Of a stretch of DNA of 64,000 nucleotides, positions 24,981-36,814 are shown one piece after another; the first letter of the stretch is position 1, and each line of letters begins with the position of its first letter. A program made the translations under genes and the position numbers. The DNA lies in NCBI RefSeq assembly GCF_036321535.1, contig NC_087451.1:37572001-37636000 (forward strand). The letters are read 5' to 3'. Below the pieces are notes generated by a model that was given only the letters and a program-made list of their open reading frames with translations, was not told the DNA's origin and did not search any database. Source of the stretch: Camelus dromedarius. Lineage: Eukaryota.

Positions 24981-25089
24981 GTCCTTCCATGAACTTCTTC
25001 TTTGGAGAACAGTGAAATAAGTTGGAGAGTTGGAGGCACTGTGGGAAAGACAATCTAAGATGAAGGAGGATACAGAGTCAGGGACTTCT

Positions 25090-25260
25090 AGGCTGAATCC
25101 TGGGCAATCAACTCAGGCTTTCCACAGCTGAACCTCCTCATCTGTAAAATGGGGCTGGTAACAGTACACACCTCATGGGGGTCTTGTAAGAGTTAAATGT
25201 ATGTAAAGTGCTTAGCCCCATGCCTGGCCCCAAGGAAGAGCTCAATTAATAGTAGTTATG
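25090..25260 (+). mobile_element. MIR SINE
   Basis: 'cctcatctgtaaaatgggg...tgtaaagtgcttag...gagctcaattaatagtagttat'. Confidence 0.9.
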
Positions 25261-25279
25261 GAAACAGTATGACCGATCA

Positions 25280-26057
25280 GATGTCTTCTGTTTCACTGTG
25301 CATAAAACCCAACGTCTTGGCGGTGGGCGACAAGCCCTTCCGTGATACAGGCCCAGTTCTTTCTGATCCCATTTCTGACCTCCTACCCTTCTGTTCTCTG
25401 CATTTCAACTGCTCTGACCTCATGGCTGTTCTCTGTGTCTGCCTGACACCTTTGCATTTGTGGCTGCTCCTGCCTGGCTTGAGTTTGGTCTCTCTTTAAA
25501 GCTCATCTGATCTGAGACCTTCCTCTGCATCCCTATTTAAAATGCTACCCAATCAATCAATCAGTCAATCAATAAATTTCCACCCGGGTTCTGCCATGTG
25601 TCCCCGTTTCCAGCACTTCTGGCCCCTGTGGGCTGCTTGATTTTTTTCTTAGCACTTATCATTAGTTGCTATATTAAATACAGCTGACCTTGAACAATGC
25701 AGGGTTTAGGGGTGCCACCATGTATAACGTTCCAGTGGACCCTCCATATCCCTTGTGTCTTATTCACTGATTCAGCCAACCACGGATTGGATAGTGCTGG
25801 AGTACTTACTGAGAAAAATCCACATGTAAGTGGACCCGCACGGTTCAAACCCATGTTGTTCAAGGGTCAACTGTATTTACTGATCTGATGATTTAATTCT
25901 GTCTCCCTCCATCTGAGTGCAAGCTTCTCAGGACTCTGTTTTGTTCATTGCCAAATCCTTAGTGCCCATGACAGTGGCCGGCAGGCAGTAGCTCTCAATA
26001 ACTATTTGTAACATACATGAATGAATGAATGAATGAATGAATGAATGAATGAATGAA
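25280..26057 (+). mobile_element. L2 3' fragment interrupted by a Tigger1 derivative, ending in (ATGA)10
   Basis: L2 motifs 'cccttccgtgat...cctttgcatttg...cttagtgcccatgacagtggcc...ctcaataactatttgt'; (ATGA)10 at 26017-26056. Confidence 0.85.
25681..25873 (-). mobile_element. Tigger1-derived non-autonomous element
   Basis: Terminal inverted repeats cagctgacc-ttgaacaa and ttgttcaagggtcaactg, flanked on both sides by TA (TcMar target duplication). Confidence 0.92.
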
Positions 26058-26129
26058 ATTTCACCGGTCAGCCCCTGTTGGTAGTGCAATCCATGTATAC
26101 AATCCCGCCCCATTAGCCATCTTTTGAAG

Positions 26130-26290
26130 TGAAAAAGGACAGTGAGCATCTACCGTGTACTCCGGGCACTGTATTGAGTGCCTCCGTTCAGTTTACACCT
26201 ACTTTTCTGTGTAAAGAAACAGGCCCAGAGAGGTTAAGTCAGTTGCTTAAGATCACACAGTTCATAAGTGGAGAGACGGAGCCTGCCTGT
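26130..26290 (-). mobile_element. MIR SINE
   Basis: 'gtaaagaaacaggcccagagaggttaagtcagttgcttaagatcacacag'. Confidence 0.85.
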
Positions 26291-27194
26291 CTTGGCGTCT
26301 GTCTGTTTGCCACCAGCCCAAGCTGGGGTCTCCCTCAGCTTTGAAGTCTAGAAGAGGAAAATGGGTAGACATGGAATTTGCCCACATCAGGGGGCTCCAT
26401 GGGAAACTCTCCAACCTCAGCTCCCAGAAAGAGGGTCCTGGCCTCCGGAATTCTTGGCAGGAGGCACGAGATGTGCCTGGATCCTCCTGTCACTGACCTC
26501 GAAGAAGTGTCTTCAGAAACTCTTTTAAATCTAAAATCCCCTGCAGCTTCCAGCCACCCACATCTTCAATCGTGTCAGCAGAACCCTCTCATATTTGACA
26601 TTCTTTCCCGGAGTTCCTGACCCCAGCATTCTCCAGCACAGCCCTCTTCTGTGTTCCCACCTCTGTGCTGAGCGGCATGATGGGGAAGGAGGGGTGGAGG
26701 GCAGGAGGGACCTGAAGACTTCAGCCACTCCACCGGGAACGGGGAGCAGCAGTTCCTCTGTGGCTTCGTCTCAGAAAACCCGTCTCCAGGAAAGGCTCCA
26801 GAAGCTGCTGCAAGAGGCTGGGGTCCTCCGGGGGATGTTCAGAGTCAGGGGCCACAGGACGGTGGCTCAGCATGTGTTGGTCCGATGTCAGAGGCAACTT
26901 GTCCATCACACAGGCCGGCAGAGTCATCGCCCCATGGTCAGCGGGTCTGTGCTCAGCCCCTGGGACCCCACACCCTGCATCTCCCAGTCCACCCTGCATC
27001 GCTTCCAACGCCGCCATGGCCTCTCCAGCAGAACCCAATTGAAAAGGTTCATGGAGCCAACATACAACTCGTTTGGGGCTCTAGGCCCTTTGTGCCCACC
27101 TGGCATGGCCATCCCTGCCAATCCATCACCTGCTCAAGGCCTGGCTCAGATCTCAAATCCACCCTAAGCCTTCCCAGGTTAACCTGCCTCAGAT

Positions 27195-27995
27195 TTTGAC
27201 ACACATTTCAATACGCGAGGGTTTCCCCTCACCACCAGCAATTCTCTGCGACACCAGCTGGGTGTCCTACAATTCAGCCGGACTCTGACACCACCTACGT
27301 GGAGATGGCATCAGATCCCACAAGTGAAGGGGTCAGCCCTGCGAGACTGCCCCTCACCCTTCAGACACCAGTTGAAAAGTCCAGGTTGTCACCTGTGCTT
27401 CTGACCGACTTGCTGTATAGTTCAGAGGTTCCAACGATCCCCTCCTTGGGTTTGATTAATCTGCTAGAGCGGCTCACAGACCTCAGAGGAACATTTTCCT
27501 CACTAAATCACCAGTTTGTTGTAAAAGGATGTAAGTTAGAAACAGCCACATGGAAGAGATGCATAAGGCAAGGGGTGGGGAAAGTTTGCGATGCCTTCTC
27601 CAGGTGTGATACTCGCCCCAAATCACCACGCGGTCATCAATCTGGAAGCTCTCCGAACCCACTCCTTTTTTGGATTTTATGGAGATTTCATTATCCACAC
27701 ATGCTTGATTAAATCATCAACCGCTAGAGATTGATTCAACCTCCAGCCTCTCCTCTTGGGGTAAGGGGTGGGGGTGGGGGGATGGATGGAAAGTGCCAGC
27801 TATCTAATGACTTGGTTAGTTCTCCTGGCAACCTGCTCCCATCCTTAGGTGGGATCCAAAATCATTTCATTAACATAACAAAAGACACCTTCATTGCTCT
27901 CATCACTTAGGAAATTCCAAGGATTTTAGGAGCTCTGTGCCAGATACGGGACAAAGACCAAATATTTATTTCTTCTTATAAATCACAGTATCACA
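27195..27995 (-). mobile_element. MER21-family solo LTR (about 800 bp)
   Basis: 'gacaccagctgggtgtcctacaattca...gatcccacaagt...ctagagcggctcacaga...ttataaatcacagtatcaca' matches antisense MER21C. Confidence 0.88.
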
Positions 27996-28252
27996 CGGCT
28001 CAACTCAGATCCCTTCAAACTGCATGCCCTGTGGGGGCCAAGGGTCTCTCTAGAGCGAAGACTTGGTCAAAGGCCTCACTCCCCGGCTCAGGGTAAGCCC
28101 TGGGCTTTCGAATTTCCTGGGATCCCCCCCTCAGTCTCTCTGCAGCCTCTCTTTTTCCTTCCTGATCTCCAGGGCCACCCAGCCACGCCGGCCACTTTCT
28201 TGGCCTGGTTCTCTCTTCCTCCTTCCAGGCCTTTGCACGTGCTTTTCTCCCC

Positions 28253-28680
28253 GTGTGCTGGACTGAATAGTGTTTCTCCCAAACCTGTCCTTCCCAGAAC
28301 AGCAGAAGGTGAACTTATTTGGAAATAGGGTTGTTGCCGATGTAATTCGCTAAGATGAGATCATCCTGGAGTTGGGAGGGCCCTTGATCCAGTGTCATTG
28401 TGTCCTTATATGAGGAGACACAGGAAACACACAGGGAAGAAAGCCATGGGAAGACAGAAGCAGAGATTGGAATGAGGCAGATACAAGCCAAGGACCTTCA
28501 AGGCTCGCCTGCAGCCACGAGAAGTCAGGATAAAGAAAGGTCGTCTCCTCCCCTCGAGCGTGGCCTGCTGACACCTTGATTTTTGGACTTCTGGCCTCCA
28601 GAACTGTGAGAGAATCAATTTCTGTTGTTTTAAGCCATCAGTTTGTGGGGCTTTGTTATGGTGGCCCTAATGAATGAATA
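28253..28680 (+). mobile_element. MLT1 (MLT1B/C-like) solo LTR
   Basis: 'ggactgaatagtg...ttatttggaaataggg...gacaccttgatttttggacttctggcctccagaactgtgagagaatcaatttctgttgttttaagcca'. Confidence 0.92.
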
Positions 28681-29089
28681 TCTCCTGTCGTAGACTCTGC
28701 TTCCCCACTCCCCTATCCCGTGTTCATTCACTCCATCTTCCCTTGACCGCCAACCTCCTACTGATGCTTCAGCCTCACACATCACACCAGGTGGGGTCCT
28801 CCCCAAATGCATCACATTTGTTCATATTGTAGTGATTTCCTTGTGGTTCCTTGACGGCACCGATAAGGAGTATGGCTCTCCGAGCCATTCTGGGCAGGCG
28901 TAAGCATGTTTCCCAGAGCATCTACCAAGAGGAGATCTCCCCTGAAGGAGTTCTGTGGCTGCATTTGCCACGAGCCCACATGCCTTCTCAGGTCCCCTTG
29001 ACCGTCCCCTTCTTCCCTGATTTGGGCTGGTGTCCCACCTCGCTCTTCCTCCTTCCAGACGGAGATGGAAACTCACACCTCCAGGTATG

Positions 29090-29475
29090 GAATCTGGAGT
29101 AGCCGCCCGGGGGCCAGATGATACAACCCGTGGAATCAGCTCCTCACATAGGGAAATTTGACCAGAGGGACATGGGAGGGGACTGGGCAGAGAAATCCTC
29201 CCTCTTTCTCCCTTTGGAGGACTACTCTGGAGCGCCTCTCTTCCTTGTAGCCATTCCGGAGAAATCCGGTGTGCCCAGCAAGCACACTTGCTGAGCATCC
29301 TGGTGGCAAAGTGGTACCCAGTGTGATGATGCGTGGTACGACCTTGGTTCACTTCTCTCCTTGCCCCCTTTCCCCTTCCTTCATCCTTACTGCCCTGGGC
29401 TTGTGCCTCACAAATAAAGTTATCAGCACTTCCACCTTTGCCACCTGCTTTGTTTTCTAGAGGGCTGGTTAACAA
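29090..29475 (+). mobile_element. ERVL LTR (LTR16-like); may extend 5' to about 28700
   Basis: 3' end 'tgccctgggcttgtgcctcacaaataaagttatcagcac...tgttttctagagggctggttaaca'. Confidence 0.65.
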
Positions 29476-29594
29476 CAGTGGGCAAATAAGATAGGAAATA
29501 CAACCTACTTTACCCTGCTTCTTGCTTTGAGAGTCACGGTGCCCATGAGCATGTGCAAGAGACGGCAGTTCTGTGGTGAAAAAAAAAATTTATT

Positions 29595-29850
29595 TACTTT
29601 ACAAGCTAACATTAATTGAACCCTTACTTTATGGTAAACACGATTCTAAGCATTTTACATATCCTGACATGTTAAAATTCCCACTGCAACCCTCTGAGAT
29701 AGGTATTATTATGATTCCATTTTACAAACAGGGAAACTGAGGCACAGAGCATTTAAGGGACTTGTGTAAGGTAGCACAGGGAACAAGCAGAGAAGCTTGG
29801 CTTCACATCCAGGAAGCCTGGCTCCAGAGAATGTCTGCATAATCAGAATG
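29595..29850 (-). mobile_element. MIR SINE, near full length
   Basis: 'ccattttacaaacagggaaactgaggcacagag...aagcctggctccaga'. Confidence 0.92.
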
Positions 29851-30364
29851 CTATGTATACTCTTGCTTTAACTCAGAATTGCCCTTGCTCTTTTGATGAT
29901 GGATTAAAAAAAATCATATTACCTATTAACATCAGGTAAACTGGTTCTACTGAAACAGTTTGCTCTAAGTTTATCTTGATTTCCTGCAGAGATATTGTTG
30001 CAACCAGCAGCGATCTTTCTGCCTTGATCTGTTCCGAGACCTAGCCCAACCCCCTGTGAACTCACAACTTTGCACTATAACAAATATTTGTAGGAAGGAG
30101 AGGGAGGAGAAGAGGAAGGAAAGGTTGTCCTTACCAAAAAAAAAAAAAAAAGCAGGATCCCTGTCTTAAGAGCAGGTACCCTGGACAGAAATCCGGTGGA
30201 ACTTTCAATTCTTGGTCGTGGCTCCCACGTTGAGAGTCTTCTTCTGCTACGTGCATAATCATCAGTTGCTCTACTACTTGGTGGCTTTTAAACGAGGAGA
30301 TGGCCAAGAAGAAAACCAGAAGAGGTTGCTGTGATGATGAGAGCTGGTCCCGGGCTTCTGGGAG

Positions 30365-30460
30365 TGGAGCTGCCACGTACAGCTGCATAGGTTGTGCACT
30401 GCCCAACTGTAGGGGTTGCTGTTCACATGATTGTCCATTGCACAGTTGCCCTGAGCGAGA
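30365..30460. mobile_element. MER91-like hAT element
   Basis: 'gctgccacgtacagctgcataggttgtgcactgcccaactgtaggggttgctgttcacat', with an internal inverted repeat ending 'gcacagttgccctg'. Confidence 0.6.
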
Positions 30461-30749
30461 ATCACACAATACGGCAACCACAATGCTGAGGTTTGGGTGG
30501 GGTGCAGTGAGGGTAATTGCAGGACTATAATCATTCCAAACACAATCTGGCTTATCTGAGTGGCTCAGGGTGTAGTCCCTGCCATATCACAAAGCACCAG
30601 GAAGTTCTGACACTGGCGCCTGGAAGCCTGCCCTGTCTGAGGCGAGGCCTGAGCTCTAGCGTGAGTGTCTGCAGTGGCATCACCCTGACAACCTGGCCCA
30701 GAGTGCCCACTTCCTCCCAGCATTCTGTGGCGCTCCGACTTGACTCGAT

Positions 30750-30910
30750 CCACATTTGCGGATCATTCTTTGCTGTGGGGGACTTCCTAGTTCACTGAAG
30801 GATGTTTAGCACATCTTTGGTCTCTACCCCCAGATAAAACCAAAACTGTCCCTAGATGTTACCAAATGTCCCCTGGGAGACAAACTGCCTGGGATTTGCA
30901 AATCCATGCT
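30750..30910 (+). mobile_element. MER20 (hAT-Charlie)
   Basis: 'ggatcattctttgctgtggggg...ggatgtttagca...ccaaatgtcccctggg'. Confidence 0.85.
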
Positions 30911-30919
30911 TTAGAGGCT

Positions 30920-31230
30920 AACTCAGTGTTGTCTAGATGTTAGCCACTTGCTGCGTGTGGCTCTTAAGCATTTGATATATGACTGGTCCAAACTGAGATG
31001 TGCTCTGAGTGTAAAACTCACACCAGATTTTAAAGACTTAGTACAAAACAAACAAACAAACAAACAAACAAAAAGAGTGTAAACGATTTCAATAGCAATC
31101 TTAGAGCACTGATCACATATTAAAATGATACTATTCTGGATATATGGAGCTTATCATAAAACATGACATTCGTTTCATTGATTTCTATTTACTTTTTTTT
31201 TTTTTTTTAATGTGACTCCTAGAAAACTTA
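30920..31230 (-). mobile_element. MER33 (hAT-Charlie) containing (AAAC)6
   Basis: 'gagatgtgctctgagtgtaaaactcacaccagattttaaagacttagta...aaatgatactattctggatata'. Confidence 0.8.
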
Positions 31231-31432
31231 AAATTACACAGGAATCTGGAATTCCATTTCTGCTGGAGATCACTGGGCTAGCCGTCCCTCCTGGAGGCAT
31301 CCAGTTGTCTATGTAACAGGAAATTAGTGTGCTCGGACTGCTTTGTCTCCCGGCCCCACCCCCGTGGAAACTTCTGCTGCATCTGAGCACTTAAAGCCCA
31401 TGCTCGGGCCCACCCCCTTTAAGTGACTTGGG

Positions 31433-31541
31433 GAGGGTAATTAGGCTTGTTCATTTATTTGTTTAATGGAGGTACGGGGGATTGAACCCAGGACCTTATG
31501 CACGCTAAGCACGCGCTCTACCACTTGAGCTATGCCCTCCC
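31433..31541 (-). mobile_element. Camelid tRNA-Ala-derived SINE (Vic-1 type), near-intact copy
   Basis: Reverse complement gggagggcatagctcaagtggtagagcgcgtgcttagcgtgcataaggtcctgggttcaatcccccgtacctcca resembles tRNA-Ala(AGC), followed by an A-rich tail and the 'cctaattacc' motif. Confidence 0.92.
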
Positions 31542-31924
31542 TTCCTCTACCCCCTTTAAAAACGCTCTGTCCTTGAAACTTCACCCTGTTAGTAACACCA
31601 GGGAAGAAAGACCCAGTAGGCCTGCTCCCCTATAACAGCTGGTCGTTCAGGGGCCGCCCCCACCCCACCAGTCCTCCCCGCCCCCCGACTAAGAAGCATC
31701 TGTATTTTTGTGTCCACCAGTCATGTGGTTTTATTGTTTCTGCCATTCTAGAACCATTCCATCGGCGTCTTACCTCTCGCTCCTCCTGCACTCTTCCAAC
31801 GGCATTGCTCTGCCGACCCTTGTGTGCAGAAGAGCCTTCAGTGGCTGCTTCATGACACTGAAGAGGCCCAGACTCCTTAGCTGGGGGTTCTAAGCCCTGT
31901 TGCAAACAGGGGTGGGGGGTGGTT

Positions 31925-32075
31925 ATTATCATGGGGTTTCCTTCCTGTCGCAAACGGGCTTATTTCCTCGCATGCCTTCTGCACTTGGCATTCCTCCTCC
32001 TGTCAAAGCCTATTTATCCTTTAAGAGCCCTATGAAACCCTCCTCCTCCGAGAAGCCTTCCGTGTTTATGCCATC
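31925..32075 (+). mobile_element. L2 fragment
   Basis: 'cctatttatcctttaagagccc...cctcctccgagaagccttcc'. Confidence 0.7.
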
Positions 32076-33679
32076 CAGCGTCACCTGTCTCATCGTCGGA
32101 GCATGTCTGCACCAAGTCATTGGGAACAATCATCCGATTGTCTTGAGGAAACTCTGAAATCTAACTGCTCTTAAATGACTGTAATCATGTCTTAGCTTCT
32201 TGCGGCTTAGATCTTCTTCACTCACAGAGTTTGTAAACTCCTTGGACTTGCCTGAGACGAGTATACTCATGAGAAAAGATAGACCTGATGTTTTAAAGTT
32301 AGGCATCTCCCTCTCACATTGGCGATGGACGGTGATCCTGCTGAAGCTCCTTGTTATTTCCTGAATCCCCACCACTGTGTGCGAGACACATCTGAGTACT
32401 CACAAATGTTGGTTGGAGAATAAGGCCCCGGTTCAGAAGAAGAAATGAAATTGGGGAAGAGGGTTCATTCAGACCGGACGGAAGCTTGGAAATACTTTGG
32501 ATACACCTGGGAAACAACTGCACCCCACACCTACGTGTAATCACTCTGGCCCTCGTGTTCTTCTCTAAGGGGGGAAGGTTGGGGAGTGGTTGTTGCTGGC
32601 AGTGGTGTCCCTGCTCTTTGGCAGAACATCTGAGGATGAATCTCCCTGGCTGTCTTAGCTCAGTGATTTCCTAGGAAGTGGTTACTCTCTCCACCAGCCA
32701 CCTTCTAGCTCAATATTTGAACTGGCAAATTGTGGCAATTAACCAGAATGGTGGGTCTCATTTGTCTACATCAAATGATGCCTGGCCCTGGATACGGGGT
32801 TGTAAACCCTGATTCAAAGGGAGACAGGTGGCCAGGGAGCACGGTCCTTCACGAATAACACACTTCAGGTCCAATCGACCTGCGTGGGCTGTGACCCTCC
32901 CTCCACTTACATGACGGAAAAACTGCCCTTTGTTTACTTGGCTATAAATGGCTCTGCCCCTCCTTCTTGACAAGTGGACAAAGTGGTGAGCAGCCTGTCA
33001 TCCTCAGGGGTTGATGCTTTGCAATAAAATTTCCTCCTCCCTTTGGCTTGGTCTGCAAGGCAGGGCGAGAGAAAGAGAGAGAGGGAGAGGGAGGAGAGAG
33101 AAAGAGAAGAAAGAGGGGGAACTGGTCCTCTCAGGCCTTCTCAGGGACCAGTCTAGCCTGGCCTGAGAGGGGAACGGAACAGACAGAAAACCCTGCCAAG
33201 TAGCTGCATCTACCTGTCCTCTGAAGCATGAGCCTGTTCCCGGGTTTCCAGGGCCTGTTCTCAGAGCAGCCAGTAGGTGTCTCTGCTACACACGGTTCAC
33301 ATCCGCCTTGGTTCTTGCAGGAGGACATGCACCAGAAACCAGATGCGGAAAGGCCTCCTTCCCTCTCTACCCAAGTTGCGTCACCCACCTTGCCCAGGGA
33401 TGCTCTGAGGGTTCCTCAGGTCCTCTCTCCTTGGCAGGAAGCAGGAGGGTGGCATTTTAGGGACCAGGAGAAGGCTGGGAAGGCCAGACAAAGTGTGAAG
33501 GGATGGAGAGACCAGAGAGAGTGCAGGTTTGTGCAGAGTGGAAGAGGACCTGGGGAGGTGGGGGCACCCTGTCCCTCAGGACAAGGTGGGTAGGGAGGAG
33601 GGAGGAGAGGAAGAGCCTGGTGGAAAGGGAGAGGCACTATTACAGAGGAGTCAATTACACAGCCCCGGGAGGAAGGGCT

Positions 33680-33860
33680 GGGTCTGGATTTGCATCCTAG
33701 CTCAAACTCCTACAAGCTGTGTGGCTTTAGGCAAATGACTCAACCTCTCTGTTGCTATGGATTCATCTGTAAATTGAAGATATACTACCTCATAGAGTGC
33801 CTGTGATAAGATCAGTGCCTGCCACGTAGTAAGCACTCAGGAAATCTTAGCTATTTCTTA
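33680..33860 (+). mobile_element. MIR SINE
   Basis: 'gctgtgtggctttaggcaaatgactcaacctctctg...catctgtaaa...gtgcctgccacgtagtaagcactca'. Confidence 0.9.
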
Positions 33861-34324
33861 TTCAGTAGCATAAGCAGGCAGGAAAGGCTGGTGCAAACTC
33901 ACCCGCCTCCCACTCCCGTTAAAGACGGGAAGAGGAAGCCAATAAAACAGGGGCAGTGAACAGGAATGACTCCTTCCCTTCAATTGTCCAGAAATCTGAT
34001 ACCACCAGGGGATCAGATGAAGTCTCCACGGTGAAGGAAGGCTCACCTGGAGATGGGAAGAGGCAGCTGAGAACTTAGAAGCCAGGTTTATTCAAGCCAG
34101 GAGGACGTGTGGAGGTGCCCCGAGGGGTGTCCAAGGGACTGGGGCGTTTTGGGGTGGAATTGGTATCCTAGTGGCATCACTGAGGACCAGGGAAGGGGAG
34201 GTGACAAATGCTTGCTCACCTCTGAAGAAAGAAAGAGCAGATAAATCCTATAAGCCAGTGACCAGCAGCTGAAACTTTCCTGGGAAGATGCTGGAGCTGG
34301 TCACCGCCCATGTGGGGGAAGCAT

Positions 34325-34530
34325 AGCGGTGGTGGAGCTTAGTGACTGAGAACAGGAGCCCTGGGGTTCAAATCCTCATCCCCTCACTGGTTAAGGGGCC
34401 CCAGGGCAAGTACGTGCACTTAACCCCTTCAGTTCCTATCACCTGCCGTGATGATGTTGTAAGGATCCAATGAGTTAACCTGTGTGAAGTGCTAAACAAA
34501 TGATGACTATTACTGCGGGACGGAGAAAAT
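34325..34530 (+). mobile_element. MIR SINE
   Basis: 'ggttcaaatcc...gggcaagt...gatgttgtaaggatccaatgagttaa...aagtgctaaaca'. Confidence 0.85.
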
Positions 34531-34774
34531 AACCGAATGATGTTGTGAAGTGCCCATCTTCCCTGACCGATTTCATTCCTCTTTAAGGGGAAAGTATGGC
34601 AGGTTGGGGTTACCAGGGAATCCAATCATTTTGCTAAACCAAGGCTCAGACAAAAGTAACTTACCCGAGGGCATAAGCACATTAAAGGCAAAGACGGGAT
34701 CTGGTCTCTTGATCTTTAAGTCAAGTGCTTTTAAAAATTATTACTACTCTTCAGTCTGATGTCAAGATTTAATC

Positions 34775-35035
34775 TATAACAGCATTTCTACAAATGTTTC
34801 TCAAAGAAATAGTAATAGGTGCTTCTAGAAACAGGGTCATATGGATAAGTAAATAAGGGGAATGTTGAGTTTGAAAAAAATACAGGGTTTTTTTTAAACT
34901 GCAGGACTTCTCAGAACCTTTAATATGTCTATGTACATTGGAAATCTCCTAGAGGCCAGTATAGTGAAAGCATTTCTCAAAGGAATTAACAGTGCTACCC
35001 TTATATTTTTGGACCATCTCGTGGAGGTGGTATTC
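34775..35035. mobile_element. hAT-type MER element, family uncertain
   Basis: 'ctgcaggacttctcagaacctttaatatg...atctcctagagg' is recognised as a recurrent mammalian DNA-transposon remnant. Confidence 0.5.
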
Positions 35036-35045
35036 ATCAAATATT

Positions 35046-35296
35046 CAGTTGACTCTTGAACAAGGCAGGGGTTAAGGATGCTGACTCACTATGCAGTTGA
35101 AAACCCGAGTATGATGTAAAGTCAGCCTCCCTTATGTTGGGTCCGTCTATATCAACAATTTCTCCGTATCTCGGGTTCCTCTCATCCTCGGATTCAACCA
35201 GCTGTGGATCATGTAAAACTGTTGTATTTACTATTGAAAAAAAAATTTTGTATGAGTGGACCCATGCCATTCAAACCCATATTCTAGAGTCAACTG
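35046..35296 (-). mobile_element. Tigger1-derived non-autonomous element
   Basis: Termini cagttgactcttgaacaa ... tagagtcaactg(ta); internal 'ggattcaacca' and 'gtggaccc...ttcaaacccat' are shared with the 25681 copy. Confidence 0.88.
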
Positions 35297-35649
35297 TAGT
35301 TGGGTTGCGTGTGTGTATCTGTACATTATATAAAAAAGCTTTTGATTTGGGAATGTCTGTGCAGTAGTTGAGTATGAATAGTAACTAGCTCTCCGGTCAT
35401 GCTATATGATCAAATGCACAAATAAGCACAAATGTATGTCCCTTAATCCATGCTGATTAATTGTATATATATATATATATTTAACCAGAAGGATCCACAC
35501 CAAACGACAGCACATGCATCTGCATGGTGGGATTACAAGTTATTTTTATGTCCTTCTTATGCTTATCTGCATTTTGTAAATGTTCTGCAAATGAACGCAC
35601 ATTCTACAGCCAAAAAGAAAAGCCACGCTTTATTGCATAATCAGGGCTG

Positions 35650-36760
35650 TGGCATTTACTTGAAAGGATGCCGCTCCTCTGGGATTAAGTGCCGGGTCTA
35701 TCTTTACTAATGACTTAAACAAAAGGATGGAGGCTGTGCTCATCAAATCCTCACATGATGCTAAATTTGGTGGGGTGGCTCACACTCAGAAAGCCAAGAA
35801 TAAAATTCAAAACAACCGTGACAAATTGAAAACATGACCCTGACAAAAACCGGATGAAATTCAATAGTACAATTAGAAGGTGATATATTTAGGGCTAAAA
35901 GCAGTCGCTATATGTTTAGAATGAAGACAGGACCAGCTCCCAGTGGGTCAGCCACTACCAGGTGAGTGCCTCCTACGTGTCTGACCTTGAGCTAAGGACT
36001 GGGGCCAGACATGGGTTTAGGAGAAAACGTCCTAGTTGTGATCACAGTTCACAGGCTGAGGACAAATGAGCAAGATCGCCACGTGGTCATAGTTCCATGA
36101 ATACAAACTCCCAAAAGAGTGGTCTGGCATGACGGATAACTCCCAGTTTGCAAAAGGGGAGAGTCTTCGAAATCGAGGGCTACCATCATGTGACCTTGCA
36201 TCAGAATGTCATCTGTCCCCCTGACTTGCTGCGGGAACATTCTAGTGTCACATCCGTGTATAAAAGGCATGCTGGGATCTGCAGTGTGGAAGCAGAAAGA
36301 GTTAGGACTTCTGGGATGTTTTACTGGTTTATGGGGACAATCAAATAGAATATTTGAAATCTGAACCATCTCCAGAAAGCCCGTCCTGGAAACTCCAGGG
36401 CATCTGGTCGTAGTCAACAGAGCGCCTTGCCTTCTTCAAAGCCGGCTGGATTCCACACACATAAAAGGCCCGTGACATGCCCCGGCCCCCGGCTCATCCC
36501 CCTTCTCAGGTCTTGCATTAGTCAGTTCCTCATTAGGCTGCTGGGTTGAGTCTGTGTCACCCTCCTGAAAGGGCCTGGGGAGGCTGGAGAGTGTCCAGGC
36601 AGGAGCCGCAGAAATGATCAAAGGCATGGAAACAAGGGCCTGTGAAGCAAGGTTAAAGGAATGGGAACTATTTCGCCTGGAAAAAGCCAAGGAGAGTCTG
36701 AATAACCCAACTCCAGAAATGAACCGCACAAACCCCGGGGTAGCCTGACTGTCTCCCATT
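35650..36760 (+). mobile_element. L3/CR1 LINE remnant (RT region at 35650-36050; C-terminal ORF2 at 36500-36760)
   Basis: Translates FTNDLNKRMEAVLIKSSHDAKFGGVA (compare CR1 FINDLD...LIKFADDTKLGGVA), then NRMKFN, and GRLESVQAGAAEMIKGMETRACEARLKEWELFRLEK (compare KMIKGLE..YEERLKELGLFSLEK). Confidence 0.85.
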
Positions 36761-36814
36761 GGTGGCTTTCATCCGAGGGGCCAACCGGAAGTAATCCCCA
36801 TAGCTCACAGAGCG

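Noticed and set aside
26595-27167. 190-aa plus-strand ORF
   Set aside because: Low-information composition, no homology recognised and no convincing splice or promoter context.
28822-29475. 217-aa minus-strand ORF
   Set aside because: Largely antisense to an ERVL LTR; no protein family recognised.
30131-30543. Overlapping ORFs next to a T/A run, suggestive of a processed pseudogene
   Set aside because: No parent protein recognised, the central part is a MER91-like element, and no target-site duplication was seen.
30365-31230. Cluster of three hAT elements (MER91, MER20, MER33)
   Set aside because: All are abundant families and adjacency is common; there is no sign of a composite transposon.
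31467-31541. Genuine tRNA-Ala gene
   Set aside because: It has stem mismatches, an extra D-arm base, a SINE-type 5' GGGAGGG and an A-rich tail with cctaattacc; it is a SINE.
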